From assembly GCA_964234715.1 (NCBI GenBank), contig OZ174277.1: a stretch of 64,000 nt of DNA. One strand, written 5' to 3'. Shown piece by piece: positions 25,146 to 36,065 of this stretch; position 1 is the stretch's first letter, and each line of letters begins with the position of its first letter. The notes below the pieces were generated by a model. That model made no database searches. It was not told the origin of the DNA and saw nothing but the letters and a program-made list of their open reading frames with translations. This stretch comes from Podarcis melisellensis. Lineage: Eukaryota. Both the position numbers and the translations under genes were made by a program.

Positions 25146-25795
25146 CTCTCTATGCACCTACCCCAGGCCTTCTCCCACCTGAGCTATAGATTTGGCAAAT
25201 TAGATGGCATTTTTAACTGTAGGGGGTATTTATTTTTGTTTGTTACCGTGTGTGTCTGTGGGGGGGGGAGGTAAAGTGCCCTGCGGTTACAAAAAAAAAA
25301 TTGTAAAGAAATAAATCCTATAGAACATACATAGGAAATCTATACTAAGCATAAAATATAGGCTGTTTCCATCCTAGGTTGAACAGTGGTGGCTGGGGAT
25401 AACACCCCAAAGTGCAAGCTAAGGATTCAGAGATTAAAGCAGTTAGTAAGTACAATAGGTCACTCAGGGGGCACAGCTGAGGTTGCAATGAGGATGTTGC
25501 TCCGCAAAGGGGTGGAATCCAGGCAGGGTTTCTTGCATGTAAGGAGGCTAGCATGTAAAGTATGTGCAGCAGCAATGATTTCATGCTGTTTGACCTAGAC
25601 TGGGTTGTGCAGCTCTTTTATACCTCTGGCTGCTTAACAATTATTAACAGCAGCCTTACTGCTACAACTTGGCTCAGTTCAGCCACTAATAACTTAGTGA
25701 AGTTTGCCAAGGACTTGGGCTTGGCCACCTCTGCTAAGAAACACAAAATTATAGTCTTCGGGGCAGGAACGGGCTCTGTTCTATGTTCTGAACTC

Positions 25796-25839
25796 TGTTG
25801 GTACCAAATCCAGTGAATGTTGGTACCAAATCCAGTGGA
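25796..25839. repeat. 22-bp tandem duplication
   Basis: TGTTGGTACCAAATCCAGTG(A/G)A x2. Confidence 0.85.
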
Positions 25840-26969
25840 ATGCTAAGGTGCAGAAATAGTGGGTGAAAATTAATGCTGCTTTTTCTATTTCTAAAATGGC
25901 TTTTGATCCGGTCAGAGCATCTATTAGCATAAAAGAAGGAGATGGTTTATCATTCCTTCTTGCCCTATGGCATCTTCCATGCTGTTCTGTTCTAGCCCAC
26001 TGGAACAGATTTTTGGGAAGTGCAGAGGGCTGAAGTGGAAATGGGAAAATGAGTAAAAAAAAAACACCTCTCCTTAACCTACATTAGCACATGCTTCTGC
26101 TAGATCAGAAACCATTCCACACATGGAATAGCAGGATTGGATTTAACCCAGTAACAGTAGAAAACTCTGTTCCTAGTGGCAAAAGCATTGGCGTAAAGCC
26201 TTTTTACTCCTTTCACAGCTGTGGATCTTTCAGCACCTTCCATTTCTCATTAACAAGTTTTAAAAGCACTCAATATTTTGATATGCCTGATGTTTCTGAA
26301 TAGCAATTTTTCTTCCCTATGTTCTAATATACAGAGGCATTTCTGTATAAAGTCACTCTGCCCCAAGGTGTTCAGGAGTGCCAAATGGGGGAAAGGGAAG
26401 AAAGACTTTATGTACTTTCCAGTTATTTTGTGTGCCCTTGTTTCAAATGACTCTTCCCATATTTGTGCTAAGAATGTTATCTGCCAATAACATACTGCCA
26501 TAGATGAGCTCTATTTTTGTGTTTGTGTGTGCTCTAGATAGAAGTTAAGTTCATTTCATTTCTCTTTCCTATATAGTAATTTGTTACTTCCTCCTATATT
26601 AGAGTTCTGCTCTTACAGATAACTGACAGAATGGTTGCTGCTCTCTTTCTGACAAACTAGCTTCAATAAAGAAAAACAGCTTAAATGCAGCTTTAACCTA
26701 TCTATTCTCTGTAGTCACAATGTCTTCCTGTTTTAAAGACTGCCCTATATCCAGTGGACCAGCAACTGTATTTCACCACTGGTTTTACAAGCTCACTTTT
26801 GCCATAGCATTAAAGGCAGAAGCTCTTTTTGATGGATTTTATTTCCCACCGAGGAAAGAAACAGGGAACAAATCTTGGCAATAAGTTGGCTCCAAAGGTG
26901 TCCTTCCATATACAGAAGACATATTCTGCTGATGGATGGGCTAATATACCTCATAAACTAGAAGACAGA

Positions 26970-27099
26970 GTTAGCCAGCATGATGTTTTCCCTTTGTGAT
27001 TGGACTACAACTCCTGTCAGCCCCAGACAGCATGGCCAATGGCTGGGCATGATGGGAACTGTAATCCAACATCTGGAGGGCACCCTGTTGGCCACCCTG
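26970..27099. mobile_element. Short palindromic hAT-like MITE
   Basis: TTGGACTACAACTCC...GATGGGAACTGTAATCCAACATCTGGAGGGC...GTTGGCCACCCTG. Confidence 0.6.
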
Positions 27100-27658
27100 A
27101 ACTGGAACATTGAGCAAGAAAAGTGAAACTAAATCAAAATACATTATTTGACTTTCACAACTGCTTATAAAGCCTGTTGCACAAGCAGAAGCATGAAAAC
27201 ATCTAAAAGAACCTAGCTATTCCTGCTAAGATTGTCCCTATCCCTTTTGCTTGTGTTCATTCATAAATCCATTATTTCAGGTCATGTGGGAATCCATTGT
27301 AGATGACGGCAGCACTTGGAGACAGGTTGTGTATCCACAGCAGCGGCCAGAGGAGAAATGATGGCTGGGAGCAACACAGACAAAAGAAATGCCATTCTGC
27401 ATCTGTAACAGCGAAACTGCGTACTTTCATCTGCCCAGGTGCAAAAAAACATGTCGTAGGTTCAGTTCTCTATATAGTTTGTGACCAAAAACAAAATGGA
27501 CAAAAGGGTCCTCATAAATACTTGTCAGGATTTTAGTGTGCATTTCTCCAACTGTACATATTTTATTGTAATCTTGCTTAATATATTAATTATATTTTTA
27601 TCCCATCCTTCCTAATACAGTAGCTCAAACATTTGTGCATATTTTTGCAAGTTCAAAT

Positions 27659-27745
27659 GTTGGCCACTAGAAGAACAAGATGCTGAACTAGATGGGCCTT
27701 TTGGCCAGACCCAACAGATTCTCCAACAGATTCTTATATTTTCTT
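27659..27745 (+). mobile_element. CR1-type LINE 3' tip
   Basis: GTTGGCCAC...GATGCTGAACTAGATGGGCC...TTCTTAT tail; reverse-complement homologous to 4938-5026. Confidence 0.5.
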
Positions 27746-28761
27746 GTAAACACATCCCATCTGGGACACAAAGGATATCTTGCTTTATCTCTCAAAAATC
27801 TCTAGACTAAGCCTGCACACCTTGTGACCCATAAAACCAACCACAGCCCACCAGTTGTTGTTTTTTTTGGTGGCCTCCCACGTGACAAGTCCCACAAAAC
27901 CACATCTTTACACTCTGAGGCAAATAGCAAGAATAAAGTCCTGCCTTTGACTTTGTGGGCGACAACCTATGCAGCCCATGCTATATATTGAAAACCCCAA
28001 TTAGATGGCAGCCTTGTTACTGATTCATAACGCAGAACTGCCACTGACTTTGTAATGGGTGGACTATGCAGCATTTGTGATGATGAGCACTTCTTACTCA
28101 GAGCTCATTAATTACGCTGGATAATCAAACCCAAAATCCATTATCCCAAGTACCTGATTGAAGTGTCTTTCCTGCCTTGTTTGTAAAAAGATTTCCCCAT
28201 GTAAGATCAACATGAAAGACCTGAGTATGGTGCATTCAAGGCAGCCTAATATTTTTCTTCCTCTACCACAGCAGGAAAAACACCACATTCCAACCAGTTA
28301 AGAGTCAGCACAGAGAACAAGGTTAACAAGGAGAGATTTATGAAGAGAAACACACTGCAAGAATTTGAGCATACCTGCATCAAACTTTATAGAGCCTATT
28401 TAGCACCAAAAACACCATTTCGATAGTTTCAGGTGGCAGGTTAATTTCATAATTTCCATCGATCCTCTCTATAGCATATGCCCACTCCCAGTTGATCACT
28501 AGAGCCGCTAAATCCCAAAGTAAACAACTGTCACAAAAGCTATTGTTTCCAATCTCCAAATTAAACTTTTTCTCACTGCAGGAAACTGATTTCTTTCGTG
28601 CTTGTTTATATGGCTTAAATACAGTTTTCATTTCCCTTTGCTATGTTACCAGTATGTTATCAGCAGTCGAAAAGGGATTAAGGTCGCCAAAATTGTTAAT
28701 GTGGATTCATAAATGGCTTATTTAATAGCTTACAGAATTATGGCCCTATAGGCAGTTTAAG

Positions 28762-29069
28762 CATCTATTCTTAAGGAAATTAGCCCTGAGTGCTCACTGG
28801 AAGGACAGATTGTGAAGCTGAGGCTCCAATACTTTGGCCACCTCATGAGAAGAGAAGACTCCCTGGAAAAGACCCTGATGTTTGGAAAGATGGAGGGCAC
28901 AAGGAGAAGGAGACGACAGAGGACGAGATGGTTGGACAGTGTTCTCGAAGCTACCAGCATGAGTTTGACCAAACTGCGGGAGGCAGTGGAAGACAGGAGT
29001 GCCTGACATGCTCTGGTCCATGGGGTCACAAAGAGTTGGACATGACTAAATGACTAAACAACAACAACA
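28762..29069 (+). mobile_element. Bov-B (RTE clade) LINE, 5'-truncated 3' end
   Basis: Encodes KLRLQYFGHLMRREDSLEKTLMFGKMEG..RWLD, the Bov-B ORF C-terminus. (CAA)n tail and a 12-bp TSD AGGCAGTTTAAG at 28750-28761 and 29070-29081. Confidence 0.95.
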
Positions 29070-29967
29070 AGGCAGTTTAAGACAAATGTAACAAGCGTTC
29101 TATATTCTGTAGTCCAAAGGTCAGTGATTGCAACAGGGTGCCAGGGTCATTCCTATAGGGTTAAATCTAAATTCAATATTGGTCCTTACAGTTATATATT
29201 GTGAGGTCTGTACTGTACCTTACAATCATATGGGAATAGCAGCAGTGTAAAAAGAAAAGGCAATTTTGTAAAAGAGAAGAAGCAAGTATTCAAAGGATAA
29301 TAGCTCCTTCTAGAAAACACAGATATTCACACTTGACTCTCAACATGTGTAGAAAGTATAATGTTAAACAGGTAACATACCTAAAAAGAAGACATCCCAC
29401 CATCAGTCAATTTATGAAGATTAGTTCTATACTTGGAAGTTTCTCTTCCAGTTCTTATATTTTTCCACATCTTAAGCTGAAAATGTGCTCCTCCATGTTT
29501 TCTAAAAGAGGGACGGTGAAAAGCATCCTTTAAAGAATATCCCTTTCCTGGTTTATTTTAAAATGGCCTTCTGCTTAGATTTCTGGGTACAGTGCCCTGG
29601 AGTCTGATTAATTAGTTCTTATCATTGTAATTATTTGGTGCCAGGTGGTCTTCAAGGTCACTATGACTGCACAGAAATTAACTTGGATGTCTGCATGGTG
29701 AATCACCACATACTCCTTCTAGCGCTGAGAAGTATTATTCTGGGCCCTGTTTGGCTAAGCATCATTGGGCTTTTGTATGCAGACCTCTTCCTACTAAAAT
29801 GGTTCTGATTCTTTGCCTGGTGCCCCATTTTGTAGATTTGCTACACCTATATGCACCTGAACGTGGTTCAGAGCAGTCAGTGACTCTAATGATTAGTATT
29901 AGGGTGGGACAAGCTAGCTTTGTTATTTTGAATTTTCAAATTCCAGCCTCAAACAACCTTCTCCATG

Positions 29968-30201
29968 CAGTGGCAGCTGGTGCCCATTGGATGGAAGGCA
30001 GGGAGGCAAACAATAGGCGGCACTTAAGCCGGTGATAGACATAATTCTAGTTTTGTCTCCATCTTCCTCCCAACTGAGTTCTACAAGGGACAAGAGTGAG
30101 GCAGTGAGTAAGAAGTTGGCGTGCAGGTGGGGGGCTGGCTAAGGGGAGACTGAGGTTGGTATTTCAGTGCTTCACTTGCCCTAACAGACCACCTTCCATT
30201 G
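29968..30201. mobile_element. Probable old hAT-like MITE
   Basis: CAGTGGCAGCTGG start and CCACCTTCCATTG end. Similar sequence at ~52850-52950. The 8-bp flanks match only 5/8. Confidence 0.35.
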
Positions 30202-30379
30202 TCTGCAGATCTATGTGCCCCTGCACATGGTATGCATGCTTAAAAACACATGTGCATATATTACAGCTTTTTTTGTCTGCAAGAGGTTTAGCTTGACTAT
30301 TCAGGGGAAAGTTCTTTATTTTATCTAATCTTGATTTCTTTAAAACATTTCCCCTCTTTCTTTCCCAAAATAAAACATT

Positions 30380-31060
30380 CAATAGAATCACTAAGAGCAA
30401 CAAACTACAATACTCTTAAAAGCCGCAATAAATCAATGAGGAATTTCTTTAAACTGACTTACCCAATGCTTGAGAAAATAAAAGTGTTTTTGGTGGATAT
30501 TGATAAGATTGGAGAGAGGGTGCCAAAGAAATATCTCAGAGGAAAACATCCCAGAGTTGAGGGACCATCCAGGTAAAAAGCCCATTCCCTGGTTGCTTCC
30601 CATCCACCAAGGACATCTTGGAAGGATCTCAATGACTCAGCAGGGTCAATTGGGGAAAGATACCCAGGAGCATAGGTCTTGCCGATCAGAAGGTCGGCGG
30701 TTCGAATCCCCATGACGGGGTGAGCTCCCGTTGCTCGGTCCCTGCTCCTGCCCACCTAGCAGTTTGAAAGCACATCAAAGTGCAAGTAGATAAATAGGTA
30801 CCACTCCAGCGGGAAGGTAAACGGTGTAAACGCTGCTCTGGTTCACCAGAAGCGGCTTAGTCATGCTGGCCACATGACCCGGAAGCTGTCTGCGGACAAA
30901 TGCCGGCTCCTCGGCCTATAGAGCAAGATGAGCGCCACAACCCCAGAGTCAGTCACGACTGGACCTAATGGTCAGGGGTGCCTTTACCTTTTTTACCCAG
31001 GTTCTTTAGATATGGGCCAAATTAAAGGAAATCCTTTTAATTGTACCTGACAGCAAATGG
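30380..31060 (-). mobile_element. Degenerate L2 ORF2 3' fragment, interrupted by a Sauria SINE
   Basis: Minus-strand translation YLSPIDPAESLRS...TREWAF..GPSTL resembles the L2 motif YxPxRSLRS..TRERAFSVAAPxLWN. Confidence 0.45.
30669..30993 (+). mobile_element. Sauria SINE, 5'-truncated
   Basis: B box, Sauria core and CCTTTACCTTT tail. 8-bp TSD TACCCAGG at 30661-30668 and 30994-31001. Confidence 0.93.
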
Positions 31061-31163
31061 AAAAGATTGCATCATGGGATCAATAGTCTTGATACATCCA
31101 GCAAATTCTTGAACTAATTGAAGTTTATGAACAGTCTTGGGAAGAAATTTTGCCTTGCTCCAG

Positions 31164-31303
31164 TCCATGCATGGTGAACCATTGGCCCTCCAGAAATTCC
31201 TGTACTGTAACCCCTATCAGCCCCAACCACTGCTCAAGCTGGCTAAGACTGATGAGAGTTGGAGACCAACAACATCTAGAGAGCCAGATGTTCCCCATTT
31301 CTG
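31164..31303. mobile_element. Short palindromic hAT-like MITE, degenerate
   Basis: GGCCCTCCAG...ATCAGCCCC...CTGATGAGAGTTGG...CAACAACATCTAGAGAGCC...GTTCCCCATTTCTG. Confidence 0.5.
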
Positions 31304-31497
31304 TTCTCGTCCACCCAGGAAGTTACTAAAGCAGAGATCACTCTAGCAACAGCAGAAACATTGCTTTAAAAACTTGCTTGGTAGACATAGGCAACCAGGA
31401 ATACCAAGCAGGTGAGTGAGTGAGAGAGTGGATTTGTGGATTGCTACATCTCTCCTCCATCAGCCCACCTAGTTTCTGCGCTAGCTGCAGATGAAAG

Positions 31498-31617
31498 ATG
31501 ATGGAACCAACCAGAATGGCATCAACCCTGGAGTTAAGTGGTGCCCAGGACATGGTGCAAGATGAAAGGTGTGTTGAACTGACTGGGAACAGTGACCATA
31601 GTGCTATCAAGTTCGTA
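31498..31617 (+). mobile_element. CR1 LINE ORF2 remnant, left part (end of APE endonuclease domain)
   Basis: Translates EPTRMASTLEL..DMVQD..TGNSDHSAIKF, containing the APE C-terminal SDH motif in a CR1-like context (EPTR..LDL..LGxSDH..I.F). Confidence 0.75.
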
Positions 31618-31636
31618 ACCCGAGGACACCAAAACC

Positions 31637-31671
<35 letters not shown>

Positions 31672-31750
31672 TTTCGTAGATTTTCACGGGTACAGGAATG
31701 CAGGTTTTGGTGTCCTCGGGTGTCTTCCCGTGTAAAAGTTGGGGTGTCTA

Positions 31751-31790
31751 GGCGACGTTTCGACGAGGTCTCACTCGTCATCTTCAGGCT
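31751..31790 (-). ncRNA. Minimal type I hammerhead ribozyme motif in the PLE inverted arm
   Basis: Exact reverse complement of 33721-33760: TCTTCAG at 31781-31787 and GACGTTTC at 31754-31761. Confidence 0.7.
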
Positions 31791-32340
31791 GGTGCTTTCG
31801 GCTTCTTGTTACTGGAACAGAGCAGGATCTCAGTGTTTGAGTTCCTATAAATACTGTTGAGGGGGTGTGGTGTATAGCCTCCAATGTTCTGGGCAGAGAG
31901 GAAGTTCCCAGGCTAGTGTGCCTTTTCTTCTTTTGTTCCTTAATTACTTGAGGGATATCTTGAGTGATTTCTTGAGTGATATCCTGAGTACCACTTAGGT
32001 GGGTCATTAGGTGTGGATTAGTTGCTAAAGTCTTTGTGTCTTGACCTCTTGAACTTTGTGAAGAGTTTTTCTGAGAAGATGGCTGTACTGCACTTAGTTG
32101 TGCTCTGGCTTGGCTTCGTGTATAGGGGCGAGCTGTGGTTTTGTGGCCTGTGTCAGCCAGATCTGTGTAGGGATTGCAGGGGGGTGCAGCATCCGGAGGT
32201 GCCACCATAGTTTGGCTACTGGATGGTGTCTGTAATTTATCTGTGGAGAGGGTCTGGGTTTGGGTCTGGTGTGGTTGATTGGTGATGGCGTTCTGTGTGC
32301 CTCTGGATCTGGTGTCAGTTTTTGTGGGGAGGGCTAATTT

Positions 32341-33417
32341 CTGGATAGCTTCCTCACACATCTCAACAGCCTACACCCCAAAATACAATTCACTATGGAA
32401 ATAGAAGCCAACAACCAACTTCCCTTCCTTGACGTCCTAATCTACAAAAAACCTGATGGCTCCCTAGGACACACTATCTACCGGAAAAAAACACACACCA
32501 ACCGCTACTTACATGCACAATCACACCACCACCCTGCACAAATAAACTCCGTAGCCAAGACTCTCATCTCCAGAACCAAACGCCTGGCTGACAAAGACCA
32601 CTTGACAACTGAGTTACAGAATCTCTCAAATGTGTTAATTGCCAATGGATACCAGCAAAACAGGGTTACGAAGCTAATCCAAAAAGAAACACCCCCCAAA
32701 AACCAAGACACAGAAGAAAACAATGGCATGGCCCTCCTTCCTTATATCAAGGGCACTACAGATAAAATTAGCAAAATCCTCCATAAACACAATATCAAAA
32801 CAGCCTTTTGCACCAACCAAAAAATAGCCAATATCCTCAGAAACCCCAAGGATAAAATCCAGTTGGAAAACCAAGGGGTCTATGAAATACCCTGCAAAGT
32901 CTGCCCAGCCACGTACATTGGACAAACAAACAGACGAATAAATGCACGTATCGCAGAACACAAGAATGCCGTCAAAAAAGAAGAAAAAACTTCCTCTCTT
33001 TTCCAACACATGAAAGAAACAGGACACGAAATTAATTTTGCAGATTCCAAATTGCTCTTTAACATGGAACATCACCACAAGAGAATAATCATGGAAGCCA
33101 TCGAGATAGAGAAACACCCTCACAACATGAACAAGCGTGACGACACATCCCGCTTGCCAGACATCTGGAAATTAGCCCTCCCCACAAAAACTGACACCAG
33201 ATCCAGAGGCACACAGAACGCCATCACCAATCAACCACACCAGACCCAAACCCAGACCCTCTCCACAGATAAATTACAGACACCATCCAGTAGCCAAACT
33301 ATGGTGGCACCTCCGCGGATGCTGCACCCCCCTGCAATCCCTACACAGATCTGGCTGACACAGGCCACAAAACCACAGCTCGCCCCTATACACGAAGCCA
33401 AGCCAGAGCACAACTAA
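32341..33417 (+). pseudogene. 5'-truncated PLE ORF: RT C-terminus/thumb plus GIY-YIG endonuclease
   Basis: Open from 32341: LDSFLTHLNSLHPKIQFTMEIE..LPFLDVLI..YRKKTHTNRYL..SHHHP, then GVYEIPCKVCPATYIGQT.R...RIAEHK (GIY-YIG) and R.IMEAIEI..MN. The RT catalytic YxDD is missing. A 2-bp indel near 33314 shifts the frame relative to the other arm. Confidence 0.9.
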
Positions 33418-33720
33418 GTGCAGTACAGCCATCTTCTCAGAAAAACTCTTCACAAAGTTCAAGAGGTCAAGACACAAAGACTTTAGCAACTAATCCACAC
33501 CTAATGACCCACCTAAGTGGTACTCAGGATATCACTCAAGAAATCACTCAAGATATCCCTCAAGTAATTAAGGAACAAAAGAAGAAAAGGCACACTAGCC
33601 TGGGAACTTCCTCTCTGCCCAGAACATTGGAGGCTATACACCACACCCCCTCAACAGTATTTATAGGAACTCAAACACTGAGATCCTGCTCTGTTCCAGT
33701 AACAAGAAGCCGAAAGCACC

Positions 33721-33760
33721 AGCCTGAAGATGACGAGTGAGACCTCGTCGAAACGTCGCC
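33721..33760 (+). ncRNA. Minimal type I hammerhead ribozyme motif in the PLE 3' pseudo-LTR
   Basis: CUGAAGA (33724-30), extra U, helix II GACGAG/CUCGUC with a 6-nt loop, GAAA (33750-53), then C and the GUC triplet. Predicted cleavage after 33757. Helix I has only 2 clear base pairs. Confidence 0.7.
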
Positions 33761-33836
33761 TAGACACCCCAACTTTTACACGGGAAGACACCCGAGGACA
33801 CCAAAACCTGCATATATATATATATATATATATATG

Positions 33837-34340
33837 GACAATTGCCAAGAAAATCCAATATGAACACATTTGACTTCAAAAGAGGAATCTTGCCAAAAAT
33901 GAAGGAAATTGTAAAAAGGGAAGTTGAAAGGCAAAGTCAAGATGTTCAAATCTCTCCAAGATGCTTGGGAGTTGCTTAAAATGAAAATATTAGAAGCTCA
34001 GCCAGAATGTATACCACAGATCAGGAGAGGTGCCACCAAGGCCCAAAGGATGCCAGAGCAGCTAACTTGCAGAATTAAAGATGCTATTAGAGGCAAGATG
34101 CCTTCCTTCAAAAAACTGAAGTCTTGTCCAAATAAGTCGAACAGAAAGGAAAGGAGCACAAACGTTGGTGGAAGAAATGCAAGCAGACAATAACAGATGC
34201 TAAACCAGAATTTGAGGAGAGCATTGCTAAACTCATAAAGATCGACAACAAAAAATTATTTAAATACATTAGTAATAGAAGGCCACCTAAGGAGGCAGTT
34301 GGCCTTTTCAATGACAAGGGAGTCAAAGGATTAACTCAAA
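33837..34340 (+). mobile_element. CR1 LINE ORF2 remnant, right part (region after the APE domain)
   Basis: Translates in shifting frames as GQLPRKS..FDFKRG..KMK..SLQDAWELLK..ILEAQPECIP..NKKLFKYIS.R..EAVG..DKG, a CR1 linker collinear with 31498-31617. Confidence 0.8.
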
Positions 34341-35832
34341 ACATTCCGCCTATTAACACACAGGTTAGAAGATCGGTGGTCATTTATGCAAAACTGCTGA
34401 AGCCCAACTCAAAAGCTGGCTTACTCTGAAAAACAGAGTGCAATATGTCTAGTGCCTTTCTCTCGTTGGCTTCATACAATAGCAATAAGGTTCTTGGTGC
34501 AGGGCAATTCCTGAGGATTAATGACCGGCTGGGGTTAATGGACTGAGGTGCAATGCAGGGCCATCAGCTCCTTTCAGCTAGTCATTAATCGTATAAAAGT
34601 GCCCTACGTGCCAGCAGTTATTGCTTTATTTAGTTTTCCCTAATTTTAGCATAGGCTTAAAAGCAGCACTGCAGCCACTGAGCGGCTCTGGGTTTTATTA
34701 GCCTGCAAAGTTTCCACTGCCAAGAAAGACTCGCTGGTTCCCATCTACTGATCAACTCTAATGCTTTATTAAAAGTAGGTTATCGAGCCACTGAGTATCT
34801 CTAAACATTTAAATATTTTATATGAGTTTGCTTTGAGCAGCACCAACCAATTAATACATTGTTTCATTAGGAGAGTTTTTACTAGCCACAAAATGGCTCT
34901 AAATACCTCATATATTTCACAAGAACTTTCTTTTCCAGCCTTTGAGCATCTTTAAATGTAAGCTTGGCACCAGGAACATTTTCTTTTTTTCAGAAATGCT
35001 CAAACGTACTCATTCTTTGCAAGCAATTTCCTGTCACCTTTTCCTCTAGGCACAATTATTTTATTTATTTATTTATTCATCTATCTGTTAAACTCCCCAA
35101 TGACTTTTTCTGCTACTTGAGCTTACATTTCTTTTAGCACAAAACTCCACTAGTACAGGAATGAAATAATCACAGAGGGACAATAATGTATCGGAGTCTT
35201 TTCCTGCACCATATAAATATTAATCATTTCGGTTGTTTTGACCACAAGAATAATTGAGAATTCACAACATATTCACCTACATGTCTACACAAAAGTAAGA
35301 CCCCCTTGAGCTCAATGGTGCTTACTTCCAGGTAAGTGGAATGTAGCCTTAGACATAAAAAATATACACTCACAACAGACACATACATCTGCTTCTCAAA
35401 TATATGACATAAATGTCATATTTTCCATAAAGTTGGGAAGGGAAACCATAGCACCAGTACCAATTACTTCCTCCACAACCAGTAACAGGAAAAATCTGAA
35501 GCACCAAAGTTTATGGTTCTGACAGGGACAAATGAGTTCCCTTTAGCCCACACATATTGAAAGATGATTGTTCTTAAGTGACCTTTGCCGGATTCAGAGA
35601 TTTTTCAACTGCAGCAACATATTATTCTACAAATCTTTCATATCTTCCAAAAATTGGATATACCTATCCATACCACCACCCATATTTAGAGAATGAAAGA
35701 CTGCAGATTTTATACTTGCAGGGTCAATTTGCCATTGACATGTCTGGTTTATTTAAACACATTGATAATTCTTCTTAATGAATGAAATCAAACTAAACAC
35801 AGCCACCAAATGCCAGTAAGATGCAAGTTACA

Positions 35833-36065
35833 AGGGATGGAATTCAACATTGTGCTCTTCCAGTTGTTCCAGCTGCTTGAGGATTTAAGCTTACCCAACA
35901 TAATTATCTCCTCTCTTCCCCGTGTGCTGTTCTGGAGGTTCGCTCAAGCCCCCCAGGTCAATTTCACAGGATACAAAGGCAGCAGAGGGGGGAAGCCCTA
36001 CTGCGCAAGTAGAAGTCCTTTTGCAACACTTCTGCTGGTGAGTCTGATTAGGTGAATCCCACTCC
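35833..36065. mobile_element. Probable old MITE with imperfect terminal inverted repeats
   Basis: GGGATGGAATTCAAC start and GGTGAATCCCAC end. A similar body occurs at ~25900-26150. Confidence 0.35.

Larger units (their letters stand above)
31618..33836. mobile_element. Penelope-like retroelement (GIY-YIG-bearing, probably Penelope/Poseidon group), 5'-truncated with an inverted copy of its 3' end
   Basis: Inverted arms 31698-32341 and 33168-33813 look identical by eye except for a 2-bp indel. The 826-bp spacer encodes the RT end, thumb and GIY-YIG. Each arm carries a hammerhead motif, and both outer junctions have (TA)n. Confidence 0.93.

Noticed and set aside
33655-33668. TATA-like TATTTATA upstream of the PLE hammerhead
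   Set aside because: The canonical TATAAATA reads on the antisense strand, and the motif alone is insufficient to call a promoter.
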